A stretch of DNA of 24,000 nt from Exiguobacterium acetylicum DSM 20416 (GCF_000702605.1 NZ_JNIR01000003.1:51523-75522), one strand, 5' to 3'; shown: positions 8,387 through 15,777, numbered from the stretch's first letter. Program-made: numbers and translations. The notes: a model not told the origin generated them from the letters alone.

Positions 8387-9724
8387 TCAGCCGATTTGTT
8401 CCTTCTTTTCCTGTGTGGCGTTCGCCTCCTCGCGCTCCTTCTTCAGGTTCAGGCGATCGATGAAGACGAGGAACGGGAACCATACCGCCATGATGATGGC
8501 GAAGTTGACGAGCTGTAACAGACCTCCGGCGAGAGAGTTGGTCGCCATCATGCCGCTGATGAACATCGGCACGGTCCACGGCACGGCTACGCCGGTCGGA
8601 GGCGGGACGATGCCCGTCGACATGGCGAAGTATGTCACGGTAACCGTGATCAATGGTGCGACGATCCATGGAATCATGATCAACGGGTTCATGACGATCG
8701 GGAGCCCGAAAATCATCGGCTCATTGACGTTGAAGACGCCCGGTCCGATCGATAGTTTCCCGATTTGCTTCAATTGCTTGGAGCGCATGAACAACAGGAT
8801 GGCGACGACCACCGCCAGTGTAGAACCCGAACCTCCGATTCCGACGGTGTAGATTTCGATGAATTGTTTGCTAATGATGTTCGGGATTTCCCCGTTCGCG
8901 GTATAGGCGTTCAGGTTCTCGAGGGACAGCGTGTTCCAAATCGGGTCCATCACCGAGTTGACGATGACCTGTCCATGAAGACCGAAAAACCAGAACAATT
9001 GGACGAAGAAGATGGCGATCAATGTCGGGACGAGACCATTCCCTAGGTTGACGAGTGGTTTCTGGACGAGATTGAAGATGAGATCATGTAGATTCGTGTC
9101 CAAAAGTGAAGTGACTGCGATGTTAATCCCGAGGAAGACGGTGAGCGTAAGTAATGCCGGTACGAGTGCCGAAAACGATTTGGCGACCGCAGTCGGTACA
9201 CCAGCCGGCATCTTGATTGTCCAGTTCTTTTGGACGATAAAGCGATAGATCTCTCCTGCTAGGAATCCTGTGATCATAGCGAGGAACATGCCCTTCGCGC
9301 CGAGTCGGTCGAGCGGGATGACGTTACCCACCGGATCCGTGACGTTTTCTACCGAGACGAAGAATGGCGTAAGTAATAGGAACGAGACGAGGGCAATGAC
9401 ACCGCCGAAAACAGCTTCGACCTCATAACTTTTAGATAGATAATAGCCGATTCCGAACACGACGAACAATGACATGATGCCCATCGTCGCGGATGGTGCA
9501 TTCCCGAGCGACGTCTTGAAGGCATCGAGCACGCCAGGGGACATGAACTTGTCGAGGAACGGTAGGTTGGCGACGACGACGATCAAGGAACCGAACATCG
9601 TAATCGGGAAAGCAAGCATGAATGCGTCACGTAACGTCTGCAGGTAGCGACTGTTGTTCAAGAATGCCGCCATCGGCATCAGGAAACGGCTCAACAGGTC
9701 GAACCACTTACTATTCTCTGTCAT
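8387..9724 (-). CDS. gmuC: PTS lactose/cellobiose-family EIIC permease
   Basis: About 445 aa and polytopic, with typical EIIC-cellobiose length and hydrophobicity. The ORF track starts at a GTG at 9733. The ATG at 9724 has an AAGGAG RBS 8 nt upstream. Confidence 0.9.
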   Translation of the reverse strand: MTENSKWFDLLSRFLMPMAAFLNNSRYLQTLRDAFMLAFPITMFGSLIVVVANLPFLDKFMSPGVLDAFKTSLGNAPSATMGIMSLFVVFGIGYYLSKSYEVEAVFGGVIALVSFLLLTPFFVSVENVTDPVGNVIPLDRLGAKGMFLAMITGFLAGEIYRFIVQKNWTIKMPAGVPTAVAKSFSALVPALLTLTVFLGINIAVTSLLDTNLHDLIFNLVQKPLVNLGNGLVPTLIAIFFVQLFWFFGLHGQVIVNSVMDPIWNTLSLENLNAYTANGEIPNIISKQFIEIYTVGIGGSGSTLAVVVAILLFMRSKQLKQIGKLSIGPGVFNVNEPMIFGLPIVMNPLIMIPWIVAPLITVTVTYFAMSTGIVPPPTGVAVPWTVPMFISGMMATNSLAGGLLQLVNFAIIMAVWFPFLVFIDRLNLKKEREEANATQEKKEQIG

Positions 9725-9739
9725 CTCAAACACTCCTTA

Positions 9740-10078
9740 TCATTTTTTAGAGAACTTATGTTCCATGAGCTCGATGAGCCCAGCCGTCAGATCTAGCATC
9801 GTCTGAGTCGACATCAGATGGTCCTCCGCGTGTAGCAACAGGAGGGACAGCGTCGTCGGTTCACCGCTTGCTTCCTTCTGGACTTGTCCGAAATGGACCT
9901 GATGTGCTTCTTGTAGTTGAGCGCGTGCATCCGACAGCAACCGCTCGAACTCCTCGAACGTTCCTTCCTTATAGGCTTCGATCGCCTCACGAATCGTACT
10001 TCTGGCATTCCCGCTGTGTAGGATCATCATGAATGCGACTTGCTCAATCGTCTGTTCGTTCGTCTGCATGTCGTTCAC
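9740..10078 (-). CDS. gmuA: PTS lactose/cellobiose-family EIIA
   Basis: 112 aa and helical, with ILHSGNARS and the phosphorylatable His region LLLLHAEDHLMS. Its GTG start overlaps the IIB stop (GTGA). An ATG at 10069 is an alternative start. Confidence 0.85.
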   Translation of the reverse strand: MNDMQTNEQTIEQVAFMMILHSGNARSTIREAIEAYKEGTFEEFERLLSDARAQLQEAHQVHFGQVQKEASGEPTTLSLLLLHAEDHLMSTQTMLDLTAGLIELMEHKFSKK

Positions 10079-10371
10079 CCCATCAACTTCACGGCTTGTT
10101 CATAGGCCGCTTTTCCGTCCGCCATGCCGTACGCCATCATGTCGATCACCTCGACGGGCTTGTCCGTCGCCTGCTGGAACTTCGAGAGAAGGAACCGCAT
10201 CTGTGGTCCGATCAATATGACGTCTGCGCCATCCATCTCCTTCATCGCCTGGTCCTGTCCGACCGCCCAAATCTTCGCTTCTTCTCCGATGCCCTTCGCA
10301 TGCTCCTGCATCTTCGACACCAGGATGCTCGTCGACATTCCTGAACTACACGCCAACATGATTTTCTTCAT
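10075..10371 (-). CDS. gmuB: PTS lactose/cellobiose-family EIIB
   Basis: 98 aa beginning MKKIMLACSSGMSTS, with the active-site Cys in the LACSSGMSTS loop. A GGAGGAG RBS lies 7 nt upstream of the ATG at 10371. The 190-aa ORF-track version runs through the promoter and is rejected. Confidence 0.9.
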   Translation of the reverse strand: MKKIMLACSSGMSTSILVSKMQEHAKGIGEEAKIWAVGQDQAMKEMDGADVILIGPQMRFLLSKFQQATDKPVEVIDMMAYGMADGKAAYEQAVKLMG

Positions 10372-10390
10372 CTGAAATCTCCTCCTTTTT

Positions 10391-10404
10391 TGTAACCGCT
10401 TACA
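10391..10404. promoter_or_regulatory. catabolite-responsive element (cre), CcpA site
   Basis: TGTAACCGCTTACA fits the cre consensus TGWAANCGNTNWCA at every constrained position. It lies in the 5' leader between the -10 and the RBS of the PTS operon. Confidence 0.65.
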
Positions 10405-10410
10405 AATATG

Positions 10411-10443
10411 ATTATACGTGTTTTTATTTCCATGTCTATACTT
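10411..10443 (-). promoter_or_regulatory. sigma-A-type promoter of the PTS/GH1 operon overlapped by a GntR-type operator
   Basis: Read on the minus strand: -35 TAGACA (10438-10433), a 16-nt spacer and a perfect -10 TATAAT (10416-10411). The operator-like AAGTATAGACAT (10443-10432) covers the -35. Confidence 0.5.
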
Positions 10444-10518
10444 GATATTTAATTTGTTTATTTTTATTTTACAAAAGTGTAGAGTTGTAATTGAAAATAA
10501 GATGAAGGAGGAGTTAGC

Positions 10519-12312
10519 ATGCAGGAAGCGATTTATTTCGAACCGATCGTCAAGGAACGGATATGGGGCGGACAGAGACTTCGCGAGTATGGATTTTCCA
10601 TTCCCGAAGACGTTCCGACGGGAGAGGTCTGGACACTCGCGAGTCATCCAAACGGGACTACGCGCGTCGAAACCGGACCGTTCGTCGATTTCGATTTGGA
10701 AGAGTTGTGGTCAAACCACCCTGAAATCTTCGGCATGGAGACGGATTCCGATTTCCCGCTCCTGTTGAAGTGGATCGATGCCTCGACGGACCTATCCGTC
10801 CAGGTCCATCCGAACGACGCCGATGCCAGACGTTATGAGCAACAACCTTACGGAAAGAACGAATGTTGGTACATCATCGATTGTCCGGAGGACGCCTCCC
10901 TCATCCACGGTCATTCCTTGTCCTCCCCGAAAGAGTTCGACGAGGCCGTCCGTCAGGGGACATTGTTGCAGTCATTGCATCACGTACCGGTATCGAAGGG
11001 TGATTTCCTCTATGTACCGGCGGGGACCGTCCATGCCCTGACGGAAGGATGTGTCGTCCTCGAAATCCAACAGAACTCGGACACGACCTATCGTCTGCAT
11101 GACTATGATCGTCTCAATCCAGTCACCGGCACTCTGCGTACGCTCCACATCGAACAAGCCCGCCGCGTGATACGGTTCCCTCACTATCGTTACTTAGAGC
11201 CTTCCGTCACGTTGTCTTCATCCAGAAGACGGTTGACGCGGAATCCTGATTTCTTCGTCGAGGAATGGACCATCCGTCAGACCCATGCACTAGACCCGAG
11301 TCCGTCGTTCCGTATCATCACCGTCGTCGAGGGGACCATCGAATTGGACGACGTCGTGTTATCGGTCGGGGCGACCGCACTCCTCCCTGCCGGCAGCAAG
11401 CATGTCGTCTCTGGGGACGGTCTCATGTTGGTCACCGGACCTGCTCCGAAGACGACGAAGCCATTCCGGATCGGTGTCGACCTCGGTGGTACGCAGACAC
11501 GCGTCGCCGTCGTCGATCAGGAGAACGTCATCAAGCAGTTGTCCTTCCCGACTAATCCGGGCGCCGGCCCTGGGCAGACCATCTCGCACATCGAACATGC
11601 CATCCGATACTTCTCGGAAGAGTTCCATCTGACGAACATCGGCATCGCCGCGCCTGGTCCACTCGACGCGAGGACCGGACACCTGTTATCCCCACCGAAT
11701 CTGCCTGGCTGGGACGACGTCGACCTCGTCACCCCCATCGCCTCCCGATTCGAGCTCCCGACCTGTCTCGAGAACGACGCGAATGCAGCGGCGCTTGGCG
11801 AGGCGTTGTTCGGAGCAGGAAAAACATCCTCTTCCGTCTATTATGTGACGGTCAGCACTGGGATTGGCGGAGGCTATGTCCATGAGAAGAAGCTCATTCG
11901 TGGAGCCAATGGATATGCGGGAGAAATCGGCAACACTATCATCGATTCATCCGGTCCCGTCCATCCGGTGCTCAACACCGGATCTCTTGAGGGATTGGCG
12001 AGCGGGACGGCACTCCAATCACGCGCCTCGGAGAAGGAAGCCTCGTCCGTCGAGATGCTACTCACTTTACCGTCAGAACGAACCCGGTTCATCAACCACT
12101 TGGCGATCGGACTCGCGAACATCATCCACACGGTCGACCCCGAGGTCATCATTATAGGAGGCGGCGTCACGGAATCTGCCGATGTCTTCTGGGAGGAATT
12201 GATATGTCGAGTCCGCGAGCTCGTCTATTCTGCTCTTCGTCCGAGCATCGACATACGTCTCGCGACGTTGAAGGGTCATGCGGGGGTCATCGGTGCTGCC
12301 TATCTCGGCTGA
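10519..12312 (+). CDS. fusion protein: class I mannose-6-phosphate isomerase (GmuF/ManA-like) + ROK-family sugar kinase (GmuE-like)
   Basis: A single 597-aa ORF behind a GAAGGAGGAG RBS. Residues 1 to about 315 carry PMI cupin motifs (IWGG, QVHPND, YGKNECWYI, PAGTVHAL, EIQQNSDTTYRLHDYDR). Residues from about 320 carry ROK motifs (GVDLGGTQTRVAVVD, LENDANAAALGE, STGIGGG, GYAGEIG). Confidence 0.85.
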   Translation: MQEAIYFEPIVKERIWGGQRLREYGFSIPEDVPTGEVWTLASHPNGTTRVETGPFVDFDLEELWSNHPEIFGMETDSDFPLLLKWIDASTDLSVQVHPNDADARRYEQQPYGKNECWYIIDCPEDASLIHGHSLSSPKEFDEAVRQGTLLQSLHHVPVSKGDFLYVPAGTVHALTEGCVVLEIQQNSDTTYRLHDYDRLNPVTGTLRTLHIEQARRVIRFPHYRYLEPSVTLSSSRRRLTRNPDFFVEEWTIRQTHALDPSPSFRIITVVEGTIELDDVVLSVGATALLPAGSKHVVSGDGLMLVTGPAPKTTKPFRIGVDLGGTQTRVAVVDQENVIKQLSFPTNPGAGPGQTISHIEHAIRYFSEEFHLTNIGIAAPGPLDARTGHLLSPPNLPGWDDVDLVTPIASRFELPTCLENDANAAALGEALFGAGKTSSSVYYVTVSTGIGGGYVHEKKLIRGANGYAGEIGNTIIDSSGPVHPVLNTGSLEGLASGTALQSRASEKEASSVEMLLTLPSERTRFINHLAIGLANIIHTVDPEVIIIGGGVTESADVFWEELICRVRELVYSALRPSIDIRLATLKGHAGVIGAAYLG

Positions 12313-12417
12313 TTCTGATCATGTAAAAGAAAGTCTCGAACATCGCACTCATTGGCTAATCAATCGTAAGTGATGTTCGAGATTGAATGTATTAGTTGAT
12401 AATGAATTAGAGAACAA

Positions 12418-12463
12418 AAAAAGATTGTATATATTTCGACATCGAAACGTATACAATCTTTTT
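12418..12463. terminator. palindromic element copy B; bidirectional terminator
   Basis: The hairpin is AAAAAGATT-GTATATATTTCGACATCGAAACGTATAC-AATCTTTTT, with an A-run on one side and a T-run on the other. Its core is the inverted copy of 5988-6017. Confidence 0.7.
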
Positions 12464-12558
12464 CCTTGAATGTAGATTTTTCTTAAGATTAGAAATAGAC
12501 ATACCGCATATATAAGGAATTTAGATAATAAATACAAGGAAACAAGCGGACCCTTTTT

Positions 12559-12708
12559 TTATTCTAATAGAATATGATGTATACAAATTTCTCTCAATTG
12601 ATTGAATGCATAAAAGGTCATAAAACTAGAATTATTACGCAGAATACAAGACTGAACCTCTTCATGAAATGAAGTCGTATACGACTCACCATCATTAGTG
12701 ATGTTCAA
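12559..12708 (-). CDS. possible small protein (49 aa), unknown function
   Basis: TTG start 6 nt after AAAGGAGAAGG. The product is MNITNDGESYTTSFHEEVQSCILRNNSSFMTFYAFNQLREICIHHILLE. A near-consensus promoter lies upstream. It is not in the ORF track because it is under 60 aa. Confidence 0.3.
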   Translation of the reverse strand: MNITNDGESYTTSFHEEVQSCILRNNSSFMTFYAFNQLREICIHHILLE

Positions 12709-12723
12709 TGCCTTCTCCTTTTC

Positions 12724-12752
12724 AGTATTTCAAGCAACTGTTCGACTGTCAA
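12724..12752 (-). promoter_or_regulatory. sigma-A-like promoter for the small ORF
   Basis: Read on the minus strand: TTGACA (12752-12747), a 17-nt spacer ending in TGA, then AATACT (12729-12724). Confidence 0.4.
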
Positions 12753-13043
12753 AACTTTATTTTTTTCTATGGATCATCATGTGGAAGTTAACGTATAACG
12801 AGATTAAATGTATTCTAGGATTAATTTTAGCGAGGTTTTCGAGCTCACTCAATTATTAGATGGGTGTCATAGAAATGAGCGATGAATGGAGATACTAAAT
12901 TACTTTCAGTCGCAATCCAACATTACTGAATTCAAAAAAATATACCTTTCATTTATTAAGTTAAGGGTAACGCGTACATCTTTTTTTATAATAGAGTTAG
13001 TCACTACCGATAAAAATAGTTGAGATAAGATAAATTAAAATAA

Positions 13044-13077
13044 GATGTATCTATCGTAAGTTCACGATAAATACATC
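13044..13077 (-). terminator. probable terminator downstream of the 170-aa gene
   Basis: GATGTATCTATCGT-aagttc-ACGATAAATACATC forms a stem with one mismatch. T-rich sequence follows on the minus strand. Confidence 0.5.
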
Positions 13078-13105
13078 GGTCTACATATTTTAACCATTCT
13101 TTACA

Positions 13106-13618
13106 TCATGTTTTCCTTACATATAAATCTACTTGACTAATGACTTTACGTATCGCTGGTAAAGAATACTCTAAATCAATCAAAGCTCTCAAATCATGGT
13201 CGTAATACAATTTTTTATTTCTAATTTTATCGAACGAATTTTTATCATCAAAATCTAACAGCCAATCTAAGTTGTCATGGTTTATTTCTGACTGTTCTTC
13301 ATCCAAACTGATTTTTAAATCAATCCAAGCCTGATAAAACCATTCCCAAATAATCGTCCACTTTTGAACAAGCTTATCTATTAAATAATGGCCCCATTCA
13401 ACATCCTTTTGATTAAAACCAAAACCACATGTATGATTTCCTAAATTCGAATTTGTATACATCTCTACTTTGATGTCTTTAAACTTTTCAGGATGTTCAA
13501 CCAGATAAAAACCTCTCTCGAATTGTGAAGAAAAACTTTCGATTGATTGAATGGTTCCATCTATAGACTTAAATTTCAGTTCTATCGAATCAATTTGTAA
13601 TTTGATAGTGTTCATCAT
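13106..13618 (-). CDS. hypothetical cytoplasmic protein (170 aa, acidic, Trp-rich)
   Basis: A strong RBS (ATGGAGGC) sits upstream of ATGATG. There is no signal peptide or TM segment. I recognise no family motif. Confidence 0.7.
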   Translation of the reverse strand: MMNTIKLQIDSIELKFKSIDGTIQSIESFSSQFERGFYLVEHPEKFKDIKVEMYTNSNLGNHTCGFGFNQKDVEWGHYLIDKLVQKWTIIWEWFYQAWIDLKISLDEEQSEINHDNLDWLLDFDDKNSFDKIRNKKLYYDHDLRALIDLEYSLPAIRKVISQVDLYVRKT

Positions 13619-13662
13619 TTAAAGCCTCCATAATTGGTGTTTCGGATAAAACTGATCAATGA

Positions 13663-13920
13663 TTAATTTTCAAAGTACGTATAATCGTGTCCGTTGTAAA
13701 TCATCACTTGGTATTTAAGTGCCTTCGGTACGGGTTTCCATGAGACAGAAAGGTCACTTGCGAGATCGATTTTCTCCTCGTCGCCATCTAGTTTGATGAC
13801 TTCAAGTATTGGCTCTTCCATAGGACCAAGACTACTAGCTAACTCGACCAGTCCGTTATCGAAATCGCTCATGTCTAAGGTTAAGCTGGAGTTTTCTGAT
13901 TCGATATCACTTTTTACCAA
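13663..13920 (-). CDS. hypothetical ORF / probable gene fragment with the first half of an FN3-like domain
   Basis: The C-terminal DLSVSWKPVPKALKYQVMIYNG resembles FN3 strands A-C and then stops. It has a TTG start with no RBS. The frame stays open upstream to 13989 and encodes a hydrophobic YIFGFLILG with no start codon. Confidence 0.35.
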   Translation of the reverse strand: MVKSDIESENSSLTLDMSDFDNGLVELASSLGPMEEPILEVIKLDGDEEKIDLASDLSVSWKPVPKALKYQVMIYNGHDYTYFEN

Positions 13921-14070
13921 ATATCTATTTGAGGGTAATTCCTTTTCCTCACTATCCTCACCTAAAATTAAAAACCCAAAAATATATCCTTACATAATTG
14001 GATAAAAATATGTTAAATAACTAAAAATGGTTGTTTTCGATAGACATATATGTAATATTTGTATAGTTGC

Positions 14071-14100
14071 TTTACATATTTAGGATTATTTAAATATAAT
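14071..14100 (+). promoter_or_regulatory. sigma-A-like promoter of the FN3 protein gene
   Basis: TTTACA (14071-14076), an 18-nt spacer and a perfect TATAAT (14095-14100), 27 nt before the start codon. Confidence 0.5.
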
Positions 14101-14126
14101 AAAATACTGAATGATTGGAGAAAAAA

Positions 14127-14921
14127 ATGAACAATTTCAACAAGACATTATGTTTATCAGCAATTTCTTTGGGGTTATTAGCTAGTATTAGTGATGAAAC
14201 ATTTGCAGCTGAGAGTAAAGTAAAAGCTATAGAAACAAGTAGCTCTATTTCTTTAAGTTGGAATGCAAAAGGTGCTTATCATAAAGTTTATGAAGGAAAA
14301 AAACTAATTTATAAAGGTATTAAAAAGAAATTAAGTATTAAAGGTTTAAAGCCTGATCAACTATACAGTTATCGAGTTGCAACTTACACTAAGTCTGGAA
14401 AATTAATAGGATTTTCTACGATAAAAACCTCTACAACTAAGTCAAAAAATCAAAATTCTTTTAATAAATTCTCTGCCAATACTATTCAAGATGACGTAAG
14501 TTCGGAAGAGGATGCTCCAAAAGAAGTTATTCTAGAAACAAATGTAGGAACTGATTATGCCGATATTAACTGGGAAAAAATGGAAGATAATGACGGTGTA
14601 TATGAAATTTACCGAGATGGGGATTTGATTGGATCGACTACGAATTTATCATATAGAGATGAAAATTTGACCCCTGCAACTATTTATACTTATGAAATTG
14701 TTGCAAAAAAAGAAGTTTCTCAAGAAAAAAAGATGAAATTAATGAAAAAATCAAGGAACCAAATATTTCACTTTCTTCAAACGAGCTTGACGGTTTATAT
14801 GATAGACAACAATCTATTATTAGATCCATTAAAACAAGCGAAAATATTAGTGAAAAAGAACTACTTTCTCCTGTTTTCCCATCATTTTCAAATGATTCTG
14901 ATGACAAATCATATAAAATGA
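14127..14921 (+). CDS. secreted protein with two FN3-like domains, N-terminal part of a split gene
   Basis: ATG at 14127, 6 nt after GGAG (the ORF track uses a TTG at 14115). The Sec signal peptide is MNNFNKTLCLSAISLGLLASISDETFA/AE. The two FN3-like units are SISLSWNA...YSYRVATY and ADINWEK...YTYEIVAK. After codon AAG at 14730-14732 the frame-0 translation turns into implausible sequence. Confidence 0.75.
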   Translation: MNNFNKTLCLSAISLGLLASISDETFAAESKVKAIETSSSISLSWNAKGAYHKVYEGKKLIYKGIKKKLSIKGLKPDQLYSYRVATYTKSGKLIGFSTIKTSTTKSKNQNSFNKFSANTIQDDVSSEEDAPKEVILETNVGTDYADINWEKMEDNDGVYEIYRDGDLIGSTTNLSYRDENLTPATIYTYEIVAKKEVSQEKKMKLMKKSRNQIFHFLQTSLTVYMIDNNLLLDPLKQAKILVKKNYFLLFSHHFQMILMTNHIK

Positions 14922-15517
14922 GTTCCAGTTCTATTAGCCCTTCAAAGAGATCGTATTTCTTTAGATATACAACATTTATCCCTGATAAAACAGTAAAAAA
15001 TAAAAATTTCCTTGATTACTTGGGTACTAGTTATCTTCATGGTGATAACCGTGGATATGATATTTGGTCGTCTAAATATAGAACACGCTCAGATGTCTAT
15101 GCCGGTTGGGCATTCGGCTCACCAGCAATTGACCATAGTCCAAGTGTTGGGCAAAGTATTTTATACAAAGATAAAGCAGGAAAAAATGTAATAAAAAAAG
15201 CTACTGCTTCAACGAATGGAATTAAACTTTCCAAAGATGTTTTATCGAAATCAAAAGTTGCTTGGAGAGTAAATCATGATGTAGGAGTACCTTTCGCAAA
15301 ATCGTATCCTAACATTACTTATTACTACGAAGGTACTCAATATAGTAATGGAAGTATGAAAATTAGAGGGGCCCATGATAATGCTCCAAACCATGAATTT
15401 TATTGGGGATATGCTTACAGTGACCTTACACCTAAAACTGTATTTCGTCATACGGGGGGAAGCTTTTTTAATCTAGTTCCTGGAATGAAACAAAAATATT
15501 TTGAATTTTCTATGTAA
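14918..15517 (+). CDS. C-terminal part of the same split gene: Ser/Asp-rich linker plus an uncharacterised ~190-aa domain
   Basis: This frame is open from 14696. From 14732 it encodes a natural-looking linker (DEINEKIKEPNISLSSNELDGLYDRQQ...) and then a domain with the motifs FRYTTFIP, HGDNRGYD, YAGWAFG and HDNAPNHEFYWGY. There is no RBS before the ATG at 14918. Confidence 0.7.
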   Translation: MSSSSISPSKRSYFFRYTTFIPDKTVKNKNFLDYLGTSYLHGDNRGYDIWSSKYRTRSDVYAGWAFGSPAIDHSPSVGQSILYKDKAGKNVIKKATASTNGIKLSKDVLSKSKVAWRVNHDVGVPFAKSYPNITYYYEGTQYSNGSMKIRGAHDNAPNHEFYWGYAYSDLTPKTVFRHTGGSFFNLVPGMKQKYFEFSM

Positions 15518-15612
15518 ATTAATAAAATATATTTTTTAATTAACTATAAGATAGTTTTTAAAGATGTTTTATAATTTTCTTAAACTTGAAAGATTATAAC
15601 CTACTAGACACG

Positions 15613-15657
15613 AAATATAATCCTTTTCTTATTTAGAAAGGATTATATTTTTGTTTT
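15613..15657 (+). terminator. rho-independent terminator after the FN3 gene
   Basis: AAATATAATCCTTT (15613-15626) pairs perfectly with AAAGGATTATATTT (15637-15650), followed by TTGTTTT. Confidence 0.75.
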
Positions 15658-15777
15658 ATCCTAAATAAAGTTTCTTCGAGCAAAAGATTGTCTGAAAGCT
15701 TTATGTTAAAATACAAATATTCTGTATTGCATTTTTAAATTTTCTTTTCAAACCTAATTTAAAGAGGAGAACTAATC

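Noticed and set aside
10372-10647. The long 190-aa version of the IIB ORF (10075-10647) and ORF 10418-10768(+)
   Set aside because: The extension runs through the AT-rich divergent promoter, the cre box and the RBS, and its sequence is nonsense. The internal ATG at 10371 has a perfect RBS and gives a canonical 98-aa EIIB.
6960-12279. Many long ORFs antisense to or overlapping the GC-rich genes, for example 6960-7526(+), 7587-8852(+), 8144-8518(+), 8373-8669(-), 8765-9046(+), 10033-10344(+), 11265-11555(+), 11359-11682(-), 11874-12170(-)
   Set aside because: These are shadow ORFs typical of high-GC coding DNA. Their translations are Arg/Pro/Ser-rich low-complexity sequence. They have no RBS, and each is fully covered by a gene with clear family motifs on the other strand or frame.
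12349-12537. 62-aa minus-strand ORF with a hydrophobic N-terminus (MYLLSKFLIYAVCLFLIL...), considered as a type I toxin-like peptide
   Set aside because: It has a TTG start with no RBS. It is translated straight through the 12418-12463 terminator hairpin and a second hairpin at 12334-12382. It is most likely chance in AT-rich DNA.
14726-14732. Calling the A AAA AAG site in the FN3 gene a bona fide programmed -1 frameshift signal
   Set aside because: The heptamer and its phase are right. However, I see no SD-like stimulator upstream and no stable stem-loop or pseudoknot downstream. Such heptamers are frequent in ~30% GC DNA, and two other homopolymer indels nearby point to sequencing error or decay. 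I kept it as a finding to be tested, not as a feature.
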